A DNA stretch of 64,000 bases from Methanomassiliicoccaceae archaeon (GCA_963827135.1 CAWGZX010000004.1:69521-133520); one strand, 5' to 3'. Positions 9,684 through 20,096 are shown, counted from the first letter of the stretch. The notes: generated from the letters alone by a model not told the origin. Numbers and translations: made by a program.

Positions 9684-11350
9684 CTCCCTCCCCCCGCGCA
9701 GGCGCATGCGCAAGCACAGGCGCATGCGCATCCATGTCCACCTACCGATGAGCCGGCCTTGCTCGCTGGTGCAGGGTTGGTCACCGGGGCGATCTCCCTG
9801 GTCAGCCCTCTGATGTCCTTGACCACGTTGTTGCTGGCGTTGCGCAGCCTCGAGACGTAGTCGCCAGCGATGTTGCCTCTTGTGGCATCGGCCGTTCCCG
9901 CCGTCCTGCCGACTGTAGGCCCCGTGGATGTCCTCGGAAGCGGGAGGATGACGATATCCCTCATCATCCTGTCCTCGTACCGACGATCGAGCATCATCCA
10001 GTCGTTCTTTTCCGCGAGGGACTTGGCGAAGTCCTCGGGGGTCCCCGCCGCCTTGACCTCCTGCCAGGCCTTCTCGCATATCCTATCATAATAAGTCTTG
10101 GTGGCCTCGACGTCGAATCCCGCCATTTTGGCTCGGACCGACCCGATGAGCTCGACGAGCGTCGCCTTGAGGTCGCCACGATTTACCTGTCCGTCCTTGA
10201 TGGAATGCAGGTACATCGTCTCGTATTCGCGCTCGCCCTTGTCAGCCTTCTTGATAAGGCGCATGGGGAATTCCTCGGATACGACCTGGACCAACCCTTT
10301 CTTCGTCAGCCCGAAGAGTATCATCGTCGCCACCACCTCCAACGGCCGCTCTAGGACTACGGCGGCCTCCACCGCCGTCAGGTCCCTTCGTGGACCTGCG
10401 CCGACCACGTCGAGCTTGGGCTCGAAGTAATCCTTCGCGTCCCGCCTTGCCCTTCGCAGCGAGAGAACGATGGTGGTCACGAAGAATGCCCCGAACAGGA
10501 AGGGTATGAGCAGGCCCGAGAGGGTGCACACGTCCCCAATTATGTCGATCGGAGGCTCGTCGGATCCAGGCTCGAAGAACACGTCCACATAGCCCTTGGG
10601 GAATCCCGCCCCGAAGTCCACTGCGCCGCTGGACACCGATTCCGACGAGACGGTGTTGTATTGCCACGAGGCCACGACCATTCCTGAGCTGTTGTCAACC
10701 TCGATAGAGTGCCATGGGAACCCCTCCAACCATACGGCCTGCGAGGTGTTATCGAACCCTTGAGGGAAGTAGAAGTTCTCCTCCAACGTACCGATGTTCC
10801 CGATCTGGAACTGGGTGCTGAACCAGGTCGGCCTGAACCTCACTCCGACGGTGTCGGGTACCAAAGTGTTGTTGTAGACCATGTGCGGGTTGTTCACCTT
10901 GAAGCCCAGCTCGAACGTGCCCTCGCTCTGGATCATACCGATCGTGGTTTGATCGAACTCTACCGCGATGCCGGGGGTGACATAGGGCGAGTCATGAATC
11001 TGGGATGGCTGTCTGATCTCACCGCTGACCAAGATCCAGGCCTGGGCAGAAGCCAGGTTATAAAAATTGTTCGGCATCCCAATATCGACGCCGTCCAGAT
11101 AACCGACGTTCGTGAAATGGAAGTAGTACTCGATGTCCACGCTCCCATCCCTTAAGGCTGTCACGTTCACCTTCTGTTCCGCCAGGGAGAAGGTGTAGTC
11201 CTGAGCCGTGGAGGTCGTTGCCAGCCCTCCGAAAGGCTGGAAGAGCATTATCGCCGCGAGAAGGGCGAACGCGAAAAGAACGAGTGCCGAAGTCACGGAC
11301 CTTCTGCGTTTTGCCAATGGATCACCACTTAGGAGCCTCTTCCAAGGCAT
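9680..11350 (-). CDS. DUF2207-like membrane protein with C-terminal (Cys-Ala)6-GGGR tail
   Basis: N-terminal signal/TM, extracellular beta-rich domain, TM at about aa 280-300, DLTAVEAAVVLE..ATMILFGLTKKG helical domain, tail GGHGCACACACACACAGGGR. Confidence 0.85.
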   Translation of the reverse strand: MPWKRLLSGDPLAKRRRSVTSALVLFAFALLAAIMLFQPFGGLATTSTAQDYTFSLAEQKVNVTALRDGSVDIEYYFHFTNVGYLDGVDIGMPNNFYNLASAQAWILVSGEIRQPSQIHDSPYVTPGIAVEFDQTTIGMIQSEGTFELGFKVNNPHMVYNNTLVPDTVGVRFRPTWFSTQFQIGNIGTLEENFYFPQGFDNTSQAVWLEGFPWHSIEVDNSSGMVVASWQYNTVSSESVSSGAVDFGAGFPKGYVDVFFEPGSDEPPIDIIGDVCTLSGLLIPFLFGAFFVTTIVLSLRRARRDAKDYFEPKLDVVGAGPRRDLTAVEAAVVLERPLEVVATMILFGLTKKGLVQVVSEEFPMRLIKKADKGEREYETMYLHSIKDGQVNRGDLKATLVELIGSVRAKMAGFDVEATKTYYDRICEKAWQEVKAAGTPEDFAKSLAEKNDWMMLDRRYEDRMMRDIVILPLPRTSTGPTVGRTAGTADATRGNIAGDYVSRLRNASNNVVKDIRGLTREIAPVTNPAPASKAGSSVGGHGCACACACACACAGGGR

Positions 11351-11690
11351 ATTTCATGCCGCAATAGGGGCAGGAGACCATGATGCCTCCAGAGATGACC
11401 TTGAGGTCCTTGTCGGACAGAGGCGCGCCGCAGGATTTGCATACCAGCTGCTTCTGCTCTAACTGCCCCGATCCCTCCATCTTCACATTGAAGGTCTGGT
11501 TTATCAGCTTTGGTTGCGAAGCCCTCACCTTCTCACTTTGCCAGCTGAAATAGATAAGGAAGATGGCGATCAGGACCATCACCCCTCCAGCCACAAGATT
11601 CTCGGTCCCTCCGGCGATGATGAAGATAGCGCCGAGTAGCAATAGGAAGACGGCCACGAATATCAGCACAGCAGAGACTATCCGGCTCAT
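11322..11690 (-). CDS. Small 2-TM protein with C-terminal zinc ribbon
   Basis: Two hydrophobic helices then CKSCGAPL..CPYCG; 29-nt overlap with the next gene. Confidence 0.85.
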   Translation of the reverse strand: MSRIVSAVLIFVAVFLLLLGAIFIIAGGTENLVAGGVMVLIAIFLIYFSWQSEKVRASQPKLINQTFNVKMEGSGQLEQKQLVCKSCGAPLSDKDLKVISGGIMVSCPYCGMKYALEEAPKW

Positions 11691-11846
11691 TTTTCCCCTG
11701 TCTGGATGAATGCATTATCCTGCTCTTAAAATGATTCCTTGGAGAGCTTCGATGGTCAGAACGCCTCAGTTGGACTGCCGCGGCAATGCCAGTCCTCTTA
11801 CATGTGAACATGGCTTTGTCTGTGGAGCCTGGCCTATACTAGAGGT

Positions 11847-12260
11847 CTAATCGCATGGCACGATCAGCGTCGGCACCTTCGAATGATGGACCACTTTCGA
11901 TGAGACGCTGCCAAGCAGAAATCCTTCCATTGCTCCCATGCCTCGGCTGCCCAGGACCAAGAGGTCATAGCCCTTGGAGGATTCGGTCAATATCACGTTG
12001 GCAGGACTGCCCGACAAGACCATCGCTTTGCATGCTATTCCTTTCCCCATAAGCAATTCCTTGGCCGATTCTAGGTTCTTCGGTGCCTCGGATTTCAGCT
12101 CATGTGCCGGAAGATCTCTCGTCGTCTCAGGAGGCCTATGCACGTGCAACAAGGTTATCTCCGCTCCGAACTTGGAGGCTAGACCACCTGCGAAGGCAGC
12201 CGCGGCGTCAGCGCATTTAGATCCATCGACCCCGACCAATATCCTCTTAATTTCGCCCAT
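11847..12260 (-). CDS. Universal stress protein (UspA family)
   Basis: KRILVGVDGS, DLLVLGSRGMG, GSVSSKVVHHSKVPTLIV; start MGEIK (12260). Confidence 0.93.
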   Translation of the reverse strand: MGEIKRILVGVDGSKCADAAAAFAGGLASKFGAEITLLHVHRPPETTRDLPAHELKSEAPKNLESAKELLMGKGIACKAMVLSGSPANVILTESSKGYDLLVLGSRGMGAMEGFLLGSVSSKVVHHSKVPTLIVPCD

Positions 12261-12406
12261 GTGAATCCAAAAAGGATGTAGCGGCGCATTACCAAATATT
12301 TTTCTATAGGAGGAAGTGAGGCGTTTCAGCTGCAAAGAAGATCTCAAAGAACAATAATGTAAGATGTAAAGGGTTTTTCAGACATGGTCAAAGGCCTATG
12401 AAGGTC

Positions 12407-12649
12407 TTAGAACCATGCCCAGATGGTCGCCCACATGAAGAAGTAACAGACCAGGTAGAAGATAGCACCAATTATCGCAACAACAATGATGTTGCGGCCA
12501 AGCGCCTTCTTGTTCGGGTCGTTGCTCATCAAATAGACGATACCAATGATTATGCCTATGAAGAAGAACAAGAACGCGATCAGGTATAGTATGAATACCA
12601 TGACCGGGCTCACGCCTTCAGGCATTTGCTGCTGTTGCGTCCCCTCCAA
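12407..12649 (-). CDS. Small 2-TM membrane protein
   Basis: GGAGG RBS before TTG; two hydrophobic helices. Confidence 0.7.
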   Translation of the reverse strand: MEGTQQQQMPEGVSPVMVFILYLIAFLFFFIGIIIGIVYLMSNDPNKKALGRNIIVVAIIGAIFYLVCYFFMWATIWAWF

Positions 12650-13020
12650 TTCATTCCCTCCTAAATCAAGTCAGGCACCGCCTGAACTTATTATTCCTGA
12701 TTAATTGTTTCATTTATAATAATTATGGAGGTTCAGATAAGGAACTGGGGGTAAAAGGCAAAAATAATACGATATTTCGTACCGGGTTACCAATTGGAGT
12801 AATCCAATCAACGAATACATCATCGGGTTCAATGAAACCCACTCTTTTCCGAGCTCTATCGCTCATACAAAAATCTGCCATTAATGTTCAAAGTTTCAGG
12901 GAATGAGCACAGACCGCATTAAAAAGGGCGATATCAGATATGATAACCAGACGGTTCTCTATATAAGCTGTCCTTTCGGATTCTGGACGTGAGATGGAAG
13001 GCTGTCTCTAAGGATGTGAA

Positions 13021-13491
13021 ATGATGTTCGAAGCCGGCTCTGAATCCAATCTGTCCATGGCGGAGAAAGTTCCTTCGAAGGCAACAGCTAAGGCCAAGCA
13101 GGTTAAAGCCAAGGCCAAGGTAAAAGCAAAGCCAGAAGGATTTCAGGGCATCGTGGCTCAGCTGAACAATTGGAGCCCCTCGGACCCGACGCTCACACGA
13201 AGCATCCTTTCAGACGAATTGAGGGCGGTATTGGAGGCTGAATCCCATGCCTGCATCAATTCCTGCGTCCCGGCCCTGACCGTCGATTCCACTAATGCCA
13301 TCGAAATCATGCACTTCCGGAACAAGGACGACATCGACGAGTTCGTGACGAGGATGGTCTGGATGCATGAGGTGTTCAACTCCTCCTTAGGGATCTTCAT
13401 GAACGTGCCAACGGAGAATCGGTCCTTGGTGGAAGAGGTTTGCCACGCCTTGCTCAAGATGGACGATGGTTGTGTCGTCATGATCAAGTGA
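13021..13491 (+). CDS. Hypothetical protein, paralogue of 46555..47028
   Basis: Shared motifs NWxPSD, CxPALxVD, ExMHxRN and DEFxTRMxWM with the 46555 ORF. Confidence 0.8.
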   Translation: MMFEAGSESNLSMAEKVPSKATAKAKQVKAKAKVKAKPEGFQGIVAQLNNWSPSDPTLTRSILSDELRAVLEAESHACINSCVPALTVDSTNAIEIMHFRNKDDIDEFVTRMVWMHEVFNSSLGIFMNVPTENRSLVEEVCHALLKMDDGCVVMIK

Positions 13492-13530
13492 GGGGATCCA
13501 TCTCCTTCATGTGGCACCAACATGCATAAC

Positions 13531-13538
13531 TTTATATA
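13531..13538 (+). promoter_or_regulatory. TATA box (TTTATATA) for the CxxC-x17-CxxC gene
   Basis: Consensus archaeal TATA about 130 nt upstream of ATG 13668. Confidence 0.55.
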
Positions 13539-13667
13539 CAAATAATGTTTCATCAAAGCCAGCTAAATCTAATTCGTTCGGCGTGTTCTAAACGACCCCT
13601 CCGGGGCTGCGAGGAGCCAAAGAAGGAAATTTGGTCTAGTCAATCGAAACCGGAGGTGAAATCAGAA

Positions 13668-13814
13668 ATGTACGACAGGGCACCAAGGGAAATGCACAAG
13701 ACCGTTTGCGACGACTGCAAGCAGACTTGCGAGGTCCCATTCAAACCCACAGAGGGTCGCCCAGTATATTGCCGCGACTGCTTCAACAAGCACAAGCCGG
13801 CAAGGCGCTATTAG
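13668..13814 (+). CDS. CxxC-x17-CxxC zinc-binding small protein
   Basis: MYDRAPREMHKTVCDDCKQTCEVPFKPTEGRPVYCRDCF; GGAGGTG RBS; T-rich tract downstream. Confidence 0.92.
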   Translation: MYDRAPREMHKTVCDDCKQTCEVPFKPTEGRPVYCRDCFNKHKPARRY

Positions 13815-14010
13815 ATCTGCTGCGAATAACGGCACGGTCTATTTTTTCTTAATTTTTTACTCTTATTTCTGTTTAATAGCTAACCGATATCGGCTGATGA
13901 CTCCCGAGGAAATCAACTTAGGACAGTCATCTTAATTATGATTTGAGTGTAAGAGCTTGGCTTGGATTTGCCTGATGCCCGATTGCTATCGAATGTTTTA
14001 GATAAAATAT

Positions 14011-14328
14011 CTAATTCTTCTGTCTCTTGATTGAAGCGGCAACTTCCTTCGCGGTTTTCAAAGGCTTCAGCACACTTGTTTGGAAGGACATTGTGGCCAT
14101 TATCTCGGGCTCCATCGAATATTCCATCAATTTTTCCATGCTAGGCGTGTCATAGATAGAATATACGGTATGGCTAGGGGAATCGACCCAAGCACCAATG
14201 ATCTTGATATCGTGTTTTCTCGCCAACATCTCATCCTTATCCATAGCGTTTAGGAAAGCATCCTTGAACTTCTCTACAAACGCTGGGCAAGCCTCTGGAC
14301 TATGTTTGCTTATCTTAATGACGTACAT
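14011..14328 (-). CDS. GYD/DUF3303-like small protein
   Basis: HSPEACP..IIGAWVDSPSHTVYSIYDT pattern recalled from that family. Confidence 0.65.
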   Translation of the reverse strand: MYVIKISKHSPEACPAFVEKFKDAFLNAMDKDEMLARKHDIKIIGAWVDSPSHTVYSIYDTPSMEKLMEYSMEPEIMATMSFQTSVLKPLKTAKEVAASIKRQKN

Positions 14329-14683
14329 GCTCTGACCTCACATCACCTGTTACAGCCATTCACCATGGCCTTAATCAAATGCCTCGATGCCTCACACTAA
14401 TTAACTTTTCTAAATATGGGTCTGGGAGTCATGCGGATGCCATGGCCCTTGCATCGATTCTAAATTCTCAAGAAATGACAGTCGACGGTCGTCATCAAAA
14501 AGGATCTGAATGAGGTTCATCCTCCATCATAAAGGTGTAATTTGGCATCCTGAATGTTGTATGTCGATCGGTCAACTGCTTCATCCTTACCTGAGAGATC
14601 TAGGAAATGATTGGGATATTATTAGGTGGCTCAGGAACAACCTTTTAGTGCGAAACTGAGATAATTAGAAGGAGGGCGCAAGA

Positions 14684-17091
14684 ATGCAGGATTTCGAGAA
14701 GCTCGGCGTATTCTATCTGGGCCGTAACTTTGACTTGGCAAGCAAACGATGCAGGACGACCTGCTCCTCTACGATTCCAAGGACCTGGTGACGCACGCGG
14801 TCTGCGTGGGCATGACCGGGAGCGGCAAGACCGGGCTCTGCATCTCCCTTCTGGAGGAGGCGGCGCTCGACGGCGTACCCTCCATCATCATCGATCCCAA
14901 GGGGGACATGGCCAACCTGCTTCTGACGTTCCCCGAGCTGCGCAAGGAGGACTTCTGCCCTGGGTCAACCCAGAGGACGCCAGAAGAAGGGCCTCACGCC
15001 CGAAGATTATGCGGCCAAGCAGGCTGAGACCTGGAAGAACGGCCTGGCCAGATGGGGGGAGGACGGCGCCCGCATCCAACGGTTGCGCGATGCCTGCGAT
15101 TTCACCATCTACACGCCGGGCAGCAACGCCGGTACCCCGGTGTCCATCCTCAAGTCCTTCTCCGCCCCTCCCGCCGAGATCATCGGCGACGAGGAGCTGC
15201 TGCAGGAACGCGTCAACACCACCGTCACCAGCCTTCTCGGGCTGATGGGCATCGAGGCGACCCCATCCGGTCCCGGGAGCACATCCTGATCTCCACAATA
15301 TCTCCGAGGCCTGGACGTAAGGGTGCCAACCTCGACCTGGCCGGCCTCATCCAGCAGATCCAGACCCCCCCCGTCAAGCAGATCGGCGTGCTGGAGCTGG
15401 AGTCATTCTACCCTTCCAAGAACCGCTTCGAGCTGGCCATGCAGATCAACAACCTACTCGCCGCCCCGGGATTCCGGCTCTGGCTGGAGGGCGAGCCGCT
15501 GGACGTGAAGTCGCTTCCTGTACACCCCCGATGGCAAGCCCAGGGTCTCCATCTTCTCCATCGCCCACCTCAGCGACCATGAGCGGATGTTCTTCGTTTC
15601 GCTCCTGCTGAACCATGTGGTGGGTTGGATGCGCACCCAATCCGGCACGACCAGCCTGCGCGCGATTCTCTACATCGACGAGGTCTTCGGCTACTTGCCG
15701 CCGGTGGCAAACCCGCCCTCCAAGCTGCCTCTTCTGACACTGATGAAGCAGGCCCGCGCCTTCGGCGTCGGGGTGAGTGCTGGTCACCCAGAACCCGGTG
15801 GACCTGGACTACAAGAGGCTGTCGAACACGGGCACCTGGTTCATCGGACGGCTGCAGACCGACCGGGACAAGATCCGCGTCCTGGACGCGTTGGAGGGCG
15901 CATCAGTAGGTACAGGGAAGCAGATTCGAACGCAGTCAGATGGACCAGATCATCGCCGGACTAGGCAACCGGGTGTTCCTCATGCACAATGTGCACGATG
16001 ACGCCCCGACGGTGTTCACAGACCAGATGGGCGATGTCTTACCTCGCGGACCGCTGACGAGGGAGCAGATAAAAACCCTAATAGGTCCGACCAAATCGCG
16101 ATCTCAGGCCGTACGCCCTCCCACAACGCATATCTCCATCCCTCAGACTGGGCAGGATTCAGGAAGCGTGGCAGCGGCGATCCAAAGGCCGATATTGCCG
16201 ACCGAGATCCCACAATATTTCCTACCTTCATCCAGTGGAACCTCGGCAACCTTGGTCTACAAGCCTATGTTGCTGGGCGTTTCCCAGGTACGTTTCTCCG
16301 ACACGAAGAGGAAGGTGGATGATACGAAAGAGCTCTACTTCCTCGCCCCCTTTATCGATGGTCCGGTCCCGATGAATTGGGAAAACGCAGAACCGGCCGA
16401 TCTCAATATGCCCGATCTAGCGAGCACGCCATTGGATTCAGCCAAGTACGCAGACCTTCCGTCCGCGGCAACCATGTCCAAGAACTATGGAACCTGGAGA
16501 AAGGAATTCGCCAACTGGTTATCGAGAAGCCAAAGGATCGATCTATTCATGAGCCCGGGCCTTGGTCAGGTGTCCAAGGTCGGGGAAAAGGAGAGCGACT
16601 TCAGGATACGCATGCAACTCGCCGCCAGGGAACAATCGGACCTGAACGTAGAAAAGCTCAGGAAGAAGTACGCACCAAAATACGCTGCTCTCGACGAGCG
16701 TATCCGAAAGGCGAAGGTGGCGATCGAGAAAGAGAGGGAGCAGGCAAGGAGCCAGAAATATCAGACGGCGATGTCCCTTGGTTCGTCCATCCTCGGTGCC
16801 ATGGTTGGCAGGAAAGTAAGCAGCAGCGCCACAAGAACCGTACGCAACTATGGGAAGGCCGCTAAGGAGAAGAAGGACGTCGAGTACGCTGGAGAGAACC
16901 TCGAATCCCTACAAGAGCAGAAGAAGAGGTTGGAGGAGGAGTTCCAGCAGGAGCTAAAGGCCATGGGAGAGAAGATGGACCCTTTGACCGAGAAGCTAGT
17001 AACCATCTCGATAATGCCCAAGAAGACGGACATCTCCGTGAAGCTGGTGGCACTGGTCTGGAGCCCATCGATCTCAAAAGGGAAGGCCTAG
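14684..17091 (+). pseudogene. HerA/FtsK-like ATPase (DUF87 family, about 800 aa), about 10 frameshifts in the 5' half (decay or assembly error)
   Basis: MQDFEKLGVFYLG, Walker [16 protein letters not shown], Walker [16 protein letters not shown] and [10 protein letters not shown] are spread over three frames; 16050-17091 is intact. Confidence 0.8.
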
Positions 17092-17098
17092 GCGATTC

Positions 17099-18034
17099 AT
17101 GACAAGCTCCGGTGAAATAACATGTGATGGTATAACTAAGGCTTACGAGAGAGGCAAGCCCGTATTGTCTGCGGTAAGCTTCTCCATCCCTGCGCACGGC
17201 ATCTTCGCGGTCATTGGTAGGAACGGGGCGGGAAAGACAACGTTAGCGAGGATTCTCTCCACGCTGCTCGAGCCAAGTTCGGGGCGGGCGTCGATCGATG
17301 GTTTGGACGTCATGCTGGATGCGAAGAAGTTGCGAGAGCGGATGGCGGTCGTGCCTCAAGAGGGCAGGACCGTCGCTTGGATGACACCCGTCCAGACCGT
17401 TTCCACTTACCTAATGTGGCGAGGCGTCGGCTACAAGGAGTCTCTGAGGAAGGCTGAGGAGGCGGTAGTCCAGGTCGGCCTTGAGGGACAGGCTGACCGT
17501 CTTAACCGAACCTTGTCCGGGGGAATGAAGCGCAAGGTCCTCGTGGCCATGGTCCTGGCCTCCGACGCCGAGTTCATCTTTCTGGATGAGCCGAGCACAG
17601 GCCTCGACCCTATCTCCAGGCAGGAGCTATGGCGATTACTGATCGAGCTAGGGAAAGATCGTTTCGTGCTGCTAACCACCCATTACTTGGAGGAGGCAGA
17701 AAGGGTAGCGGACCGAATCGGGATTCTAAACGAGGGCAGGCTAGTGGCTTTTGGTAGCATGCAGGAGCTGCGGGGTCGGCTCAAGCATCAGTACAGCCTG
17801 AAGGTGCCTGAGGCGGCGAACATCTCAGTGAGGGAGGGGGAGAAGATACCGTTGGGCAATGGCCAGGTTCAAGTGCTGACCACGAGGTCCGAGGCCTTGG
17901 ACCTTTCAAAGGATCTAATCCAAGCTAAGGCGCAGTTCTCAGTGAACCCCGTCACGCTGGATGATATCTTCACCTACATGGTAGGGGCCATGGACGCGGA
18001 GGCGACCGAGATCGAGGAGGTCGATGAGGAATGA
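17099..18034 (+). CDS. ABC transporter ATP-binding subunit
   Basis: GRNGAGKT, LSGGMK, FLDEPSTGLD, TTHY. Confidence 0.95.
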   Translation: MTSSGEITCDGITKAYERGKPVLSAVSFSIPAHGIFAVIGRNGAGKTTLARILSTLLEPSSGRASIDGLDVMLDAKKLRERMAVVPQEGRTVAWMTPVQTVSTYLMWRGVGYKESLRKAEEAVVQVGLEGQADRLNRTLSGGMKRKVLVAMVLASDAEFIFLDEPSTGLDPISRQELWRLLIELGKDRFVLLTTHYLEEAERVADRIGILNEGRLVAFGSMQELRGRLKHQYSLKVPEAANISVREGEKIPLGNGQVQVLTTRSEALDLSKDLIQAKAQFSVNPVTLDDIFTYMVGAMDAEATEIEEVDEE

Positions 18035-18771
18035 GCCGCCTGGGCAGTCAAATACTGGCCTCCATCCTGGTGAACGCAATCTATGAAATGCGGAATTATC
18101 CCGCAGTTCTAGTGATCACCGTGCTCTCTCCGCTCTCCTTCCTCACTTTGATCTTCTTCATAAGTGGGGGAACGCTACTGGCAGTGGGGATTGTAGGGGG
18201 CTTGATCATGAGCATGTTCTCCGCAGGGACATCGCTCCAGGCTGATCTGTCCCATCTAAAGAACGATTTCAAACTACAGGACATGGTGGTAGCGTCACCC
18301 ACGAAAGCATCCGTCTACGTCGCAGGCATGGCTATATCAGAGCTGATCTACGCCTCGCCGGCGCTTGCCATCTTGTCCATACTCTTCGCGTTGTTCGTGC
18401 ATATCGAATTGGCTGCGGTGCTTGGCATCGTCGCTGTCATGCTAATGATGTTCCTGATGTCGATCTCCCTGGGGTTCGCCCTTGCTACCATCTCCTCTGA
18501 CATAGTCCAAAGTTTCGCGTTCACGCGCCTGCTCTCTCTGCTCTTCACTACCCTGGCTCCGGTGTATTACCCGATCACATTCATTCCGTTGCCGTGGCGA
18601 TACATAGCATATCTTTCACCCACAACATACGCGGCTCAGATAGGTCACGTCCTCGTTGGTTTCTATGCGGTCCCGATGAATCAGCTTATGATAGATTGGG
18701 TCGTGCTGATAGTCCTCACCGTTCTCTTCGTTTGGATTGGTATGAAAAAGGCTAGATGGAGAGAGAAATAA
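18031..18771 (+). CDS. ABC-2 type permease
   Basis: About 6 TM helices, YYPI..LSPTTY; ATGA overlap with the ATPase gene. Confidence 0.9.
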   Translation: MSRLGSQILASILVNAIYEMRNYPAVLVITVLSPLSFLTLIFFISGGTLLAVGIVGGLIMSMFSAGTSLQADLSHLKNDFKLQDMVVASPTKASVYVAGMAISELIYASPALAILSILFALFVHIELAAVLGIVAVMLMMFLMSISLGFALATISSDIVQSFAFTRLLSLLFTTLAPVYYPITFIPLPWRYIAYLSPTTYAAQIGHVLVGFYAVPMNQLMIDWVVLIVLTVLFVWIGMKKARWREK

Positions 18772-19080
18772 ATAACGTGTAAATTTGCGTGATTGAACGT
18801 TCAATCTGTAGGTAGCTCGGGGGGTTTTCGACGGTATCTGCAAGCTTTTGACCCTGATCTCGAATTCGCGTTGTGGTCAGATGGTGACAAATGGCAGCCC
18901 ACCTGACATTGGGTCCGAGGAATAAGGTCATTCAGAAGAGTGCGAGGTAACGGGAACTCAAGGGGGACGACCTTCTTGGCTACAGAGACAGGCCTTAGGG
19001 ATGCCGTGAGGTTCGGGCTATGTAAACCGTCAATCAAATGGGTATTAGTTTTTCCTAGCGTAAGACTGGGATGCCTACGC

Positions 19081-19617
19081 TCAAGTTACGAGGATGGCAA
19101 TGAAATTCATAATTGCTAATCGATCAAGGTTCGACGCAAGAAAATCAACTCGAATGGCATTAGAGCCAGTATCGGCATGAATGTCAGTAATAACATTCCC
19201 ATCAGAGCTTCTAACAAGGACCCCACTTTTTTTGGCCCCCTCATAGGAGCCAAGATTGGATTTATACTTAAAAGCATCAGATTTGCACAGGACCTGGCCA
19301 GATCTGTCCTTAAGGGTACAAGGGAATCGAGTCTTGTTGCCTAATATGCCCGTCATGGAACCCCCTCCTTCGAAAAACCCACGCACCTGATTCAGCGAAT
19401 CGTAAATTAGAATCCTAGTTGCCAGTCCCGTCTTCCCTTCCATTCTTACCTCACTTATTCTTAAGCCTTCACTGTTCTCAAAATAATAGGGGACTGCCTT
19501 TTGTTGGCCAACTAATTGGCCCAATAGATTGCCCTCGAGGTCCTTAATCTCATATTTCACGGTCAGCAGTTTTACTTTCGTTGGCGGACCAATCAATAAA
19601 ACGTCCCTGTCGAACAT
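19081..19617 (-). CDS. Hypothetical protein, LURP-one/scramblase-like repeats
   Basis: Repeated Y/I-x-D-x-x-G-x-x-(L/I) beta-hairpin units; family assignment by recall only. Confidence 0.55.
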   Translation of the reverse strand: MFDRDVLLIGPPTKVKLLTVKYEIKDLEGNLLGQLVGQQKAVPYYFENSEGLRISEVRMEGKTGLATRILIYDSLNQVRGFFEGGGSMTGILGNKTRFPCTLKDRSGQVLCKSDAFKYKSNLGSYEGAKKSGVLVRSSDGNVITDIHADTGSNAIRVDFLASNLDRLAIMNFIAILVT

Positions 19618-19730
19618 ATCCGCATTCCCCTATAAGTCCTTGATAACAATTGGAATGCAATTTATGTTAAAATAAGTAATTTGTTAGAGTTGCCTTGAGG
19701 TTCGGACTCTAAAGATAACAGGATGATAAG

Positions 19731-19802
19731 TGGACAAGGGGGGATTCGAACCCCCGGCTTCCGCCTTGCGAAGGCGGCGATCTTCCGCTGATCTACTTGC
19801 CC
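19731..19802 (-). tRNA. tRNA-Ala(CGC)
   Basis: Cloverleaf: acceptor GGGCAAG/CTTGTCC with G3.U70, anticodon arm CCGCC-TTCGCAA-GGCGG, T-loop TTCGAAT. Confidence 0.95.
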
Positions 19803-20096
19803 GTTGGGTCAGTGCAATGAAGGAGAGGAATATATACTTGTCCGTGTGGCTGAGCGACTCTCATCTGCTGGAGCTAGAACCCGCCTACGTTATTAGTCCG
19901 CTCCCTCCGTGCTAGATTCTCAATTATCTCGAAGAACTGCTCGACCTTCAATTGTGATATCCCTTTTTCTATATTAGAGAGAATGAATCCAGACTCGTCC
20001 TCTTTGATGACCTTCAATGGAATTTCGTATATTACCACTGCGTTCTTCGCCCATGACTCGTACTCAATCCTTAGCCCAGTTGAGGGGGTCCTTCGC

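Noticed and set aside
9680-9730. (CA)n repeat as a DNA microsatellite or slippage artefact
   Set aside because: The repeat is at protein level; the DNA uses varied synonymous codons.
9684-10079. 132-aa N-terminal extension of the rSAM in the ORF track (580 aa)
   Set aside because: It is an alternative frame of the upstream gene; ATG 9683 has a GGAGG-like RBS and an ATGA overlap.
12350-19730. Integrated element at tRNA-Ala
   Set aside because: AT-rich patches are present, but I found no repeat of the tRNA-Ala 3' end and no integrase by eye.
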